From NCBI GenBank assembly GCA_947304155.1, contig CAMZAD010000003.1:7345-71344 (forward strand): a stretch of 64,000 bases of DNA, read 5' to 3'. Source of the stretch: an uncultured Candidatus Saccharibacteria bacterium. Lineage in GTDB: Bacteria > Patescibacteriota > Saccharimonadia > Saccharimonadales > Saccharimonadaceae. Below are positions 45,184-53,823 of this stretch, piece after piece; within the stretch, counting starts at the first letter, position 1, and every line of letters begins with the position of its first letter. Below the pieces are notes generated by a model. The model saw only the letters and a list, made by a program, of their open reading frames with translations. It made no database searches and was not told the DNA's origin. The translations under genes were made by a program, and so were the position numbers.

Positions 45184-46431
45184 TTATGCTATTTTTGAAA
45201 GTTCACTAATCACCTTATCTATCTGTTCTGGCGTATTTTGATAGCCAAGAGAAAGGCGGATTAATGGTGGGAAGTGCATTTTATGATCGGTGTAATAGTG
45301 AACACAGAAGTAGCCAGTGCGAGCCATGATACCATCTTCAGCGAGCGCCTCGCCTAAGAGATGCGAGTCAAGGTCATCAACATAGAATGACATCGTGGAA
45401 GTTGGTTCATAGTTCAAGAGATGGAAGCGGCCATTTGTTCTATTCTTCTCGCGCTGTTCTTTTGTTTTGTCAATTTCACCAACCGTGCCATGCTCTTTGA
45501 AGAAGTCAAAGAGTTTTTGCTCATTTTCCTGAAGGATCTTCTTCTTGTCTTTTGGAATTTTCTCAAGCCAATCAATTGCAGCGCCAAGAGCAATGATTTC
45601 ACCCCAAGCCTGGAGGCCGGATTCAAATTTAGTATAGAGATGGTCTTTATTGTCACTTGAGAGAAGATAAGTTTCAAGGTCAACATCATCAACCATGCCA
45701 CCACCAATGAAAGAGGTGTCAATTAAATCTACAAAATCCTTGCGAACAATCATGCCGCCAAGAGATGGCGCATACATCTTGTGAGCTGAGAAACAAATTG
45801 CGTCGGGTTCGGTTTTCTCGAGAATCTCTTTGCTGTGAGCCATAGCCTGAGCGGCGTCGATAATAATGTAACCACCAGACTGCTTAACTGCTTTAATTAT
45901 TTCGTTGATATTTTTCAGAGTGCGACCGTCAATGTTACTAGCTGCATTTAAAACAACGAGGGACTTTGAAGGAATATCCTTGATTTTAACGGAGCCATCA
46001 GAGTTGCGACTTATAACCTTGCGCTTAATGCCGTGCTTTTTTGCAAAGGTGATAGTCGAGAGAAATGGAGAGTTGTGCTCAATGTCACTAGTGATGACAT
46101 ATTTAATTTTTGCCTTTTTGGCATCAAATTGCGAAAGAAGAAGATTTAAACCGTAGGTAGTGTTGAGAGTGAAGCTAACAAAATAATCTTTCTTTTTTAG
46201 TTTCAGATAATCAAGGACCTTTTCGCGAGTAGCATTAACTTTCTCGTCTGTAATTCTTCCCCATTTATATTTCACGCGCTCACCACAAGAGTTAAATTCC
46301 TTGTAATAAGCTTCAAGTGCATTGATTACTGGTTCTGGGCGAAGTGATTGGCAGGCGCCATCAAGGTAAATATCTTTCTCATCTAAATAGCTGAAGACAT
46401 CTTCTGTTTCGGTTTTTTTGAATAATCCCAT
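45184..46431 (-). CDS. Class V aminotransferase / cysteine desulfurase (SufS/CsdA-like)
   Basis: YLDGACQSLRP, ICFSAHKMYAPSLGG (PLP-Lys) and ARTGYFCVHY (active-site Cys loop). AGGAGGAAAA SD upstream. Confidence 0.75.
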   Translation of the reverse strand: MGLFKKTETEDVFSYLDEKDIYLDGACQSLRPEPVINALEAYYKEFNSCGERVKYKWGRITDEKVNATREKVLDYLKLKKKDYFVSFTLNTTYGLNLLLSQFDAKKAKIKYVITSDIEHNSPFLSTITFAKKHGIKRKVISRNSDGSVKIKDIPSKSLVVLNAASNIDGRTLKNINEIIKAVKQSGGYIIIDAAQAMAHSKEILEKTEPDAICFSAHKMYAPSLGGMIVRKDFVDLIDTSFIGGGMVDDVDLETYLLSSDNKDHLYTKFESGLQAWGEIIALGAAIDWLEKIPKDKKKILQENEQKLFDFFKEHGTVGEIDKTKEQREKNRTNGRFHLLNYEPTSTMSFYVDDLDSHLLGEALAEDGIMARTGYFCVHYYTDHKMHFPPLIRLSLGYQNTPEQIDKVISELSKIA

Positions 46432-46485
46432 AGTTTTCCTCCTTCTTATAAGTTTTCCACAATTCCACAGTATCGTGTTCGGGTT

Positions 46486-47502
46486 TTAGTGTTCGGTTTT
46501 AATTTTTTGTTCGGTTTTACAGATTGGACAGGGCACCTTTTTGGACATTTCGAGGTTTCTAGACTGGCGATTTGAAACAATAAATAGTGGACGGTTTTGA
46601 GTTTCGGCGTGGATATGTGAAATATAGAGCGCCGTGATTGCCTGTGAGATTAAAACGAGGCCTACTAAGAATGTAATAAAGATTGTCATCTGGACAGCAC
46701 CATTCCAATAGAGGTGAAGTGGGTCACCAAGAATGTATTGGTTGATAATACAGAACATACCAAGAATAAATGAACCGATTGTAATAAAGAGACCAACATA
46801 GCCAAAGATTAGAAGTGGAGTAGTCGACATTGAAATAAAGCTATCTATTGCAAGATTAAAGAGCTTCTTGATGTTGTACGAAGGTTTACCAGCCATACGC
46901 TTGCCGTAAGTATAGTAAATATTCTTACAGTTATAGCCAAGCCAGTCTACGAGACCACGGGTGATGCGATTGTGCTCTGTGAGCTGATTATATTCATCCA
47001 CAACTACACGATCCATTAAACGAAAGTCAGTAGAGCCTGGGACGGTTGATTTGTTACCCATGATTCTAAGCAAGCAATAGAAGAGTTTTGAGCCAAGTTT
47101 TGGAATTAGGCCGTGTTTAGTATAGTGGTCACGAACACCGGTTACAACTTCATAACCTTCTTCCCAAGCGGCGAGGAATTCTGGAATCTTTTCTGGCGGT
47201 TGTTGGCCATCAGAATCAAGAGTTAAGACAGCGTCGCCAGTAGCATATTTCAAACCAGCTGAGAGAGCCATCTCTTTACCGAAATTTCTGACGAGCGAGA
47301 CTACCTTAATATTTTGGTCTTTTTCAGCGTAACCCTGAACAATCTCAAGAGTCTTATCCTTTGAGCCATCATTTACAATTACAATTTCAACTTTATATTT
47401 GTCGATTTTCTTAAGAGCTGGGAGAAGTCTCTCATCCAAGAAGCTCTTAATCCCCTTTTCTTCATTACAGACTGGTATGACAATTGATATTTTCTTATTC
47501 AT
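46486..47502 (-). CDS. GT2 polyprenol-phosphate glycosyltransferase (GtrB/ArnC/Ppm1-like) with C-terminal TMs and a CPIC motif in the short tail
   Basis: ISIVIPVCNEE...IVIVNDGSKDKT...TLDSDGQ catalytic domain, two C-terminal TMs, and a tail with CPICKTEQ. Confidence 0.75.
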   Translation of the reverse strand: MNKKISIVIPVCNEEKGIKSFLDERLLPALKKIDKYKVEIVIVNDGSKDKTLEIVQGYAEKDQNIKVVSLVRNFGKEMALSAGLKYATGDAVLTLDSDGQQPPEKIPEFLAAWEEGYEVVTGVRDHYTKHGLIPKLGSKLFYCLLRIMGNKSTVPGSTDFRLMDRVVVDEYNQLTEHNRITRGLVDWLGYNCKNIYYTYGKRMAGKPSYNIKKLFNLAIDSFISMSTTPLLIFGYVGLFITIGSFILGMFCIINQYILGDPLHLYWNGAVQMTIFITFLVGLVLISQAITALYISHIHAETQNRPLFIVSNRQSRNLEMSKKVPCPICKTEQKIKTEH

Positions 47503-47833
47503 TTTCGATTCCTTCTAGACCAAGAATTTTGGCGGCCTTAAGTAAGACTGTTTTTTCTTCTTCACTGACTTGAGCAAGTCTAGTTTTAAACAAGCTGGTA
47601 GTTTCTGGGAAAGATAAATCAACGATTTCAAGTGAGCGAGCAGAGCCATCATCACCTTTTTTGAGTGCGCCAATTGCAACAAGGTCGTCAATGTGTTCCG
47701 CAACAGAGGCAACGGATTTTAGCTCGAGGCCGGCAGCAATCTCACGATAAGTTGGAGAGATGCCATTTTGCTGAGTAAAGTCAGCAATAAAATCCAAAAT
47801 ACGCTGTTTTTTCTTCGTAATTTTCATTCCCAT
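47495..47833 (-). CDS. LexA N-terminal (winged-helix) DNA-binding domain protein without the S24 peptidase domain
   Basis: QRILDFIADFTQQNGISPTYREIAAGLELKSVASVAEHIDDLVAIGALKK matches the LexA DNA-binding domain. Only 112 aa with no Ser/Lys protease region. The start could also be 47827. Confidence 0.6.
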   Translation of the reverse strand: MGMKITKKKQRILDFIADFTQQNGISPTYREIAAGLELKSVASVAEHIDDLVAIGALKKGDDGSARSLEIVDLSFPETTSLFKTRLAQVSEEEKTVLLKAAKILGLEGIENE

Positions 47834-47856
47834 ATCTCTCTTATTATATCATATAG

Positions 47857-49572
47857 CTAGTCTGAATAACCGACGCCAAGGATAATAACAAAGTCTACAT
47901 TCTTAGTATTTACTCCTGATGGGAGCGTGCTCTGGTCGAGAATTTTAACGCCATAATAAGTCTCTAACTTTTCACGAGTAGCAGTTTTATCATTAACTAC
48001 ATAGACATAGAGTTTTTCAAAGTAGTCACCAGCTGGAGCATTACCAGTTGAAACTGAAGTGAAACCGGCGCCAGTTAATTCTTCTTTCTCTTTTGTAGCG
48101 GCGCCTTCAACACCAGAAGCATTTAAAATCAAGATTTTAGCATTCTCAGCCTTCATCGGATCAGCGTTAAGTTGGCTTTTAACTAGCCTTTGAATAGCTG
48201 AGTAGTTGGTTTGTCCAGCTGTTGGAAAAGTATAAGAGATACCGTTAATGCGGCCAGTAGTAAAGAGTCGTCGCTGGCTACCATAAAGTTGAACTGGGCG
48301 GATTGATTCAATGCCATTTTCAGCAACAAACTTAGCGGCGGCACTAATATCATCTGCCGTGAAGTCAGTACGGATATTATCCCCAAGAATATTAAACATA
48401 TTAATTAGCCAGCCAATCGAAATCTGCTGAGATGAAAGTTTTTCTTTCATCGCAACTAGAATCTTCTGTTGAGAGTTCCCCCTCGTGAAATCGCCATAAT
48501 CAGTACCGTGGCGAGCACGGGCAAGACCTAGCGCACGTTCGCCGTTGAGTTTAGTTGGAACGCCAGCTTTAATATAAGTTTTAGTCATATCATCATGAAT
48601 ATTTTCATCAAGTGTGACTGTGATGCCGCCAAGTGCATCAACAATTTGAATTAGCGACATCCAGTTAATATGGACATAATATTGGATATCAAGGCCAACC
48701 ATTGAACTCACACGATTTCTTAAGGCATCAGCGCCAGCTTTTTCATTACCTTTCTTACTATTACAGAAATAGAGTTCATTAATCTTGCTTGTATTAGTAC
48801 AGGTATCAGTTTTAAGGTCGCGTGGGAGACTAAACATTGCCACGTCGCGTGTATTTTGATCAATCGAGACCACCATGATTGAGTCGGTAAGTTGCGAGCC
48901 ACTGTGGGTTCCTTTACCTTCACTTCCCTTCATATCATAGCCAGAGGTACCAAAGACTAGAATATTAGTGCGGCCGTTCGAGTCGGTCTTAAAACGCTGG
49001 TCACCAGGAATTACGATTGAGCGGACTAGGTCCAAAAGACCTGATTGGCCGCCAGTGATTTTCATCACAATTGAATCTCCCCAAAAATATGCCACGAGGC
49101 CAACAATTAAAAGTGGAATAACAATAAAGGATAGAATTTTGTGTCTAAAAATAAACTTTTTCTTATGTTTTTTAGTTTTTTTCTTCTCTTTTTTGATATC
49201 ATCCGAATCAAATTCAATAATCTCATCGTCTTCTTCTATGCCAAGAACGTCACGTTCATACGAACGTTGGCCTGTGGCAGCCATAGTCTTGACATTCTTC
49301 TTCTCAAAATATGATTCTTTTTCTTCTTTTGCAACATTCTCAATTTTCTTAGAAATGTTTACAGTTTCAAGTTTTTTTGTAGCTTTCTTCTCACCAAAAA
49401 CAACTGCTTCAGTGGCGGCGCCAATGTTTCGCTTCCTTGAGCGTGAAGCTAACGGGTCACCAGATTCATAAGAAAAATAGCCAGATGAAAAAATTTTTTG
49501 TTTTATTGGCGAAGTTAGCGCTTTTTTCTCAGAGCGCGGCTTAAGACCGTCAATAAACGAGTTGTTGGACAT
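47857..49572 (-). CDS. LytR-CpsA-Psr (LCP) family glycopolymer-to-peptidoglycan ligase
   Basis: Cytoplasmic N-terminus, a TM, an LCP core (NILVFGTSG...SDSIMVVSID...FSLPRDL...ARARH...DFTRGNSQQ), and a C-terminal LytR_C-like region. GGAGGAAA SD upstream. Confidence 0.85.
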   Translation of the reverse strand: MSNNSFIDGLKPRSEKKALTSPIKQKIFSSGYFSYESGDPLASRSRKRNIGAATEAVVFGEKKATKKLETVNISKKIENVAKEEKESYFEKKNVKTMAATGQRSYERDVLGIEEDDEIIEFDSDDIKKEKKKTKKHKKKFIFRHKILSFIVIPLLIVGLVAYFWGDSIVMKITGGQSGLLDLVRSIVIPGDQRFKTDSNGRTNILVFGTSGYDMKGSEGKGTHSGSQLTDSIMVVSIDQNTRDVAMFSLPRDLKTDTCTNTSKINELYFCNSKKGNEKAGADALRNRVSSMVGLDIQYYVHINWMSLIQIVDALGGITVTLDENIHDDMTKTYIKAGVPTKLNGERALGLARARHGTDYGDFTRGNSQQKILVAMKEKLSSQQISIGWLINMFNILGDNIRTDFTADDISAAAKFVAENGIESIRPVQLYGSQRRLFTTGRINGISYTFPTAGQTNYSAIQRLVKSQLNADPMKAENAKILILNASGVEGAATKEKEELTGAGFTSVSTGNAPAGDYFEKLYVYVVNDKTATREKLETYYGVKILDQSTLPSGVNTKNVDFVIILGVGYSD

Positions 49573-49626
49573 TTTCCTCCGCTTTATTGATTAATTATAG
49601 CATAAGCGAGACTCATTTTACAGATA

Positions 49627-49635
49627 TGGTATAAT
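49627..49635 (+). promoter_or_regulatory. Extended -10 box of rnpA (leaderless layout)
   Basis: TGgTATAAT at 49627-49635. ATG 49642 is 6 nt downstream with no SD. Confidence 0.5.
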
Positions 49636-49641
49636 GTTTAT

Positions 49642-49983
49642 ATGTTAGCAAAGAGATACCGTTTTCATTCCCGTGGTGGCGTAAACTATACCTATCAAAA
49701 AGGCAAAACTATTCGCACGCCAAAAATGTCTTTAGTTTATGCTGACAACTCCAGAAACCACCAAAGATTTGCGGTAGTTATTTCTAAGAAAGTTATCAAG
49801 TCTGCGGTCGGCAGAAACCGTGTGCGACGTAGGGTTTATGAAGCAATTAGGTCGCTCTTACCAGAATTTCCCGAGAAGAAAGATTGCATCTTTGTAGTTT
49901 ATTCAAGAGAAGTAAAAGATATGCCCTTCTCTGAAATTCAAAACAATATCAAAAATCTACTTGAACAATGTAAGATTGCATAA
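49642..49983 (+). CDS. rnpA: Ribonuclease P protein component
   Basis: KRYRFHSRG..., FAVVISKKVIKSAVGRNRVRRRVYEAIR (RNR motif), and typical size (113 aa). Confidence 0.85.
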   Translation: MLAKRYRFHSRGGVNYTYQKGKTIRTPKMSLVYADNSRNHQRFAVVISKKVIKSAVGRNRVRRRVYEAIRSLLPEFPEKKDCIFVVYSREVKDMPFSEIQNNIKNLLEQCKIA

Positions 49984-50009
49984 AAAACTAGCCCGAAGGC
50001 CAGTTTTTT
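49982..50009. terminator. Bidirectional hairpin between the convergent rnpA and jag genes
   Basis: A-run, GCC-cgaa-GGC core with an extended imperfect stem, then a T-run. Overlaps the jag stop codon. Confidence 0.45.
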
Positions 50010-50487
50010 ATTCTTCGTCTGAAGCAACACCTGCTTTTTTACTAATAATAAGGTGACGAGCACGTCCTTCACCTTCTGAGTGAGTCTCAATATCTGAGTA
50101 ATCTTGGGCGAGTTTGTGGACAACGCGGCGATCTGCAGCGTTAAGCTCAATTGTCATTGGTTCACCAGTTTCACGAACTTTCTTAATCCAGTTCTCTGCT
50201 TTTTGCTCAATGCGGTCTGCGCGTTGGCGCTTGTAGTCAGCAACATCAACGTTCACGCGAGTGATTTCTGCATCGCGAGCAACAAGACTCTGGCTAACAA
50301 TATATTGCAATGAACGAAGATTATCAGCGTTGCGGCCAATTAAAAGTGAGTTTAAAGAAGTTGATGGAACACTAAGTTGAATAACATCATCTTCTACGGT
50401 TGACCAGACAGCGACATTAATGCCAAAGAATGACAAGAGGTCTTCTAGATATTTTGTTGCAAAACGGATAGACTCATCACGATTCAT
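50008..50487 (-). CDS. jag: Jag/KhpB-type RNA-binding protein (KH + R3H domains)
   Basis: KH-like region (LIGRNADNLRSLQYIV) and R3H (LNAADRRVVHKLAQDY...EGEGRARHLII). Located immediately downstream of yidC. Confidence 0.8.
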   Translation of the reverse strand: MNRDESIRFATKYLEDLLSFFGINVAVWSTVEDDVIQLSVPSTSLNSLLIGRNADNLRSLQYIVSQSLVARDAEITRVNVDVADYKRQRADRIEQKAENWIKKVRETGEPMTIELNAADRRVVHKLAQDYSDIETHSEGEGRARHLIISKKAGVASDEE

Positions 50488-50506
50488 TTTTTCTCCTTAC
50501 TTTCTC

Positions 50507-51544
50507 CTAGCCTGTTTTAGACTGGGATTTTTTCTTAGTTTTGGAGTTTTTATTTTTCACATCTTTTGCAGTGATGCGGGTGATGCGTGTACCAGTTTTT
50601 GCATTTTCAATTACTTCTGCTTCTTTAATCTGTTTAGTCTTCTGTTTCAATTCCTTCAAGATTGCGCGATCAGTATTGTCGTCCATTTCATCATCAACAC
50701 GATTCAAGATGATGCGATATTGGAAGTTAGAGATAATGTTGCTGAGCATGTAATACAAAATCAATGCACCTTGGAAGTTGATTGTAATCATCAACATCAT
50801 GAGTGGCATCATAATTGTCATCTGACCAGAGACCATCGCATTGAGGTCTTCTTGATTTGGATCCTTACCACTCTTTGCATCAGCAACCATTTGCTTCCAA
50901 GCAGATTTTGTAGCACCTTTCTTCTTGGTTGAGGCGGTTTGCAACTTTGAGGTAAAATATTGAACTACAGCAGAAGTGAGCGCAAAGATTAAGATAATAA
51001 TTTGAGACATTGAACTGAAGCCTGGCTTTACAGACAAGTCTACCTGACCGAAGAGCATTGGTTTAAAGTCATAAGTATTCTCTTTACTATTCTCAAGATA
51101 AGTCTTTTGAAGTTCAATTACTTCATCAATACGTTCAAGTGAAGCGATTGGTGCATAAGCACGTTTTTCAAGATAGTCGCTTGTTGTTGGAGTCACCATT
51201 ACGCGAATTGCAGTAAAGAGTGCGATGAAGATTGGAATCTGAATAAAGAGCATCCAAATTGAAGCCATCGGCTTGTAATTATTACGCTTATAGAGATCCA
51301 TCATCTGGAGAGACTCAAGTTGTTTATTTCCATTGCAGCGCTTACGAATTTCGGTTAGCTCTGGTTGGAGCTTGCGCATAATCTTAGTCTGGTGAAGTTG
51401 TTTCTTCATGATTGGCCAGGTGATGAACTTTACAATAACAGTAAAGAGAATCACAGCAACACCGAAGTCACCAATAAAGTTATAGATGACAAAAAGAATA
51501 TTAACGATTGGGTTGACAATTAAAAAATCAATTAACTCAAACAT
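50507..51544 (-). CDS. yidC: Membrane protein insertase YidC (monoderm short type, basic C-terminal tail)
   Basis: GDFGVAVILFTVIVKFITWPIMKKQ...KLQPELTEIRKR motif block, five TMs, and a Lys-rich tail. Confidence 0.9.
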   Translation of the reverse strand: MFELIDFLIVNPIVNILFVIYNFIGDFGVAVILFTVIVKFITWPIMKKQLHQTKIMRKLQPELTEIRKRCNGNKQLESLQMMDLYKRNNYKPMASIWMLFIQIPIFIALFTAIRVMVTPTTSDYLEKRAYAPIASLERIDEVIELQKTYLENSKENTYDFKPMLFGQVDLSVKPGFSSMSQIIILIFALTSAVVQYFTSKLQTASTKKKGATKSAWKQMVADAKSGKDPNQEDLNAMVSGQMTIMMPLMMLMITINFQGALILYYMLSNIISNFQYRIILNRVDDEMDDNTDRAILKELKQKTKQIKEAEVIENAKTGTRITRITAKDVKNKNSKTKKKSQSKTG

Positions 51545-51589
51545 ATTGAAATAATTATACTATAAGGGGAGAAAAAACACAAATAAGGA

Positions 51590-53398
51590 TTAAACCATCT
51601 TGGTGTGATTAACGTTTGTACTTTCTCCATCATCAATATAACCACCACCCTGTTTTACAATATCCTCATTCTCACTTGCATGAGAGAAGTTAGCAGTGCG
51701 GAGCTCACGGTAAAGGGCTGATTTTTCAAACACCTCAGTATTACGACCAAAGGCTGAGACGCGACCTTTATCAAGCACAATTACCTGGTCACCCATCTTC
51801 ATAATATCTGGGTTATGAGTAATCACAATGATTGTATGGTCATCCTTCAAGTCCGAAAGAATTTCCAAAATACCTGGAACCTCAACTAGATCAATATTTG
51901 CAGTAACCTCATCAAATAACAAAACCTCTGCACCAGTGAGTAGGGCGCGAGCAATCGCAAGGCGCCTGAGCTGACCATTAGTTAAGATTTGGTCATCTTC
52001 ATCAATAATCGTATTAATACCATATGGAAGCCTCTCAATATCTTTATAAATACCGACTCGTTTTAATGCAGCAATTTGATGTTTTAAAGATGGGTCAATT
52101 AATGAAAGGTTATCTTTTATACTCATCTTAAAGATGAATGATTTTTGGAAGACACCAGAGACATTTGAAGAATAAACCTTCTTAGTGTAGTTATAGATTG
52201 ACTCATCATCAATTAAAATTGAGCCAGATTTTATACGATAGAGACGATAAAGCAAATTCATTACCGTAGTTTTACCGGCACCTGGGTAACCAACAATAAC
52301 AGTTATTTCATTCGGCAGGGCTTTAAAGCTAATATTTTTAAGAATCTTCTTACCCTTTGATTCATAAAAGACATGGTCAAAACGAATAACACCATTAATA
52401 TAGTCATTATCTACATCGCCATAAGAAATATCACTTGATTCATTTTTAAAGCTTAAGATATGCTCAATGCGTTTTATGCGAACTATGTAATGAGAAATAT
52501 TTAGGCTTTGCTCAAGAATGTTATCCGTGCGACTGGTTACCATTTCAAAATATGAAATCAAAAGAACAAGCTTATCAAGAGTCATCTTATTATTAAGAAC
52601 AAGGTAAGACAAGAAGACATAGAGCATAATCTTGCCAATATAGACAATCATTGGGAGAGTGCAATAACGAGATGAGATATAGCTATATTTTTTATCATAG
52701 TGTTGGTCATAGCAATAACGATAACGATCGAGTTTTTTAGTTAGATTTGGCATCATATTAAGTGACTTAATTTGCTTAAGACTGCCAAGCATCTGATTTA
52801 GAATATCAATAATCTTATCATTGTATTTTCTCGTTCCCTCATAATACTTTGCAATATTCCTGGAGTTATTATTCATCAAATAAAGATAAAGACCATCAAT
52901 CACGAGAGCAATTACCGCAACAATAATATTTATACTAGCAAAAATACAGAAGATTACCGCCAGTAAGACGAAGCCAGTTAAAACATCAGCAGTAGCATCA
53001 ACCGCATAAACTACATAGGATATATCTTCTGAACAGGTATCTGTAATTTTACCTCGATCAATCTTACTTATAATGCTGTCATTATTGGCAATGTGCTCAA
53101 AAAGATTTTGCTGGATAATATTGTAATAGTGATGAGAAAGATCCACATACATCATATAATTCCACTTTAGAGCAAGACATTGTGCTAAGTAAAATATAAT
53201 ATAAAGGATTACATAAATCCAAATTGCAGAAAATTCACCTTGATTACTTAAAACAGCAATAATACCAGCTGTTGCAATAGGTGGCAGAAGCGTGGTCAAA
53301 TAATAAAGCATATCGGAAATAAAAAGCTCAATCACTTGAAGCTTCTTCCCCGGCGCCAAAGCAAAGATTGATTTCAAAGAATCAATATAATTTCGCAT
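51590..53398 (-). CDS. Fused ABC exporter (N-terminal six-TM domain + C-terminal ATPase)
   Basis: Walker A GYPGAGKTTVMN, signature-like LTNGQLRRLAIARAL, Walker B LLFDEVTANID. TGtTAAAAT lies 6 nt upstream of the ATG. Confidence 0.8.
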   Translation of the reverse strand: MRNYIDSLKSIFALAPGKKLQVIELFISDMLYYLTTLLPPIATAGIIAVLSNQGEFSAIWIYVILYIIFYLAQCLALKWNYMMYVDLSHHYYNIIQQNLFEHIANNDSIISKIDRGKITDTCSEDISYVVYAVDATADVLTGFVLLAVIFCIFASINIIVAVIALVIDGLYLYLMNNNSRNIAKYYEGTRKYNDKIIDILNQMLGSLKQIKSLNMMPNLTKKLDRYRYCYDQHYDKKYSYISSRYCTLPMIVYIGKIMLYVFLSYLVLNNKMTLDKLVLLISYFEMVTSRTDNILEQSLNISHYIVRIKRIEHILSFKNESSDISYGDVDNDYINGVIRFDHVFYESKGKKILKNISFKALPNEITVIVGYPGAGKTTVMNLLYRLYRIKSGSILIDDESIYNYTKKVYSSNVSGVFQKSFIFKMSIKDNLSLIDPSLKHQIAALKRVGIYKDIERLPYGINTIIDEDDQILTNGQLRRLAIARALLTGAEVLLFDEVTANIDLVEVPGILEILSDLKDDHTIIVITHNPDIMKMGDQVIVLDKGRVSAFGRNTEVFEKSALYRELRTANFSHASENEDIVKQGGGYIDDGESTNVNHTKMV

Positions 53399-53414
53399 AT
53401 GTTTATTTTAACAT

Positions 53415-53436
53415 AAAAATAGCCCTGATGGGGCTA
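53415..53436 (-). terminator. Intrinsic terminator of rpmH
   Basis: TAGCCC-loop-GGGCTA hairpin (53420-53436) followed on the minus strand by T5. Confidence 0.65.
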
Positions 53437-53440
53437 CTTT

Positions 53441-53578
53441 TTAATAAGTAAGGCGTGCGCGACCTTTAATACGACGACGCTTCAAAACTTTTTGACCGTT
53501 TTTGGTAGCATTACGTTTCATGAAGCCGTGCTCTTGCTTGCGCTGACGCTTATGTGGTTGATAAGTACGCTTTGGCAT
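53441..53578 (-). CDS. rpmH: 50S ribosomal protein L34 (not in the ORF track because it is under 60 aa)
   Basis: The reverse strand translates to [45 protein letters not shown], the canonical L34 sequence pattern. Confidence 0.9.
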   Translation of the reverse strand: MPKRTYQPHKRQRKQEHGFMKRNATKNGQKVLKRRRIKGRARLTY

Positions 53579-53823
53579 TATTACCCTTTTCTTTTATAAT
53601 ATTTGTAATTTATCTAATATTATACCTTAGTTTTCCCCATTTTTCAAGAAGTTTTCCACATAGTTTTTAGGGATACCCTAAAGCCTGTGGAGAACTCCCT
53701 TTCCCTGTTAAATTTTTTCATATTATACAATATTTAATTTTTATAGATAAAAAGCTGTGGAAAAGTCAAAATTATCTGCTATAATGTAGTCATCAAAGGT
53801 CGGTGGGATTAAGGAGGTAAGCT
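53579..53823. promoter_or_regulatory. oriC part 1 / dnaA promoter region (rpmH-dnaA intergenic) with DnaA boxes and an AT-rich tract
   Basis: TTTTCCACA at 53652-53660 (+), its complement at 53756-53764, TTCTCCACA complement at 53686-53694, AT-rich 53711-53750, TATAAT 53780-53785, and an AAGGAGG SD before ATG 53824. Confidence 0.7.

Noticed and set aside
48968-49471. 167-aa plus-strand ORF
   Set aside because: It is antisense to the LCP-family gene. Its Phe/Ser-rich translation mirrors the Lys/Glu-rich N-terminus of the real protein.
50420-50932. 170-aa plus-strand ORF spanning the jag-yidC junction
   Set aside because: It is antisense to two well-supported conserved genes and has a low-complexity hydrophobic/Cys-rich translation typical of shadow frames.
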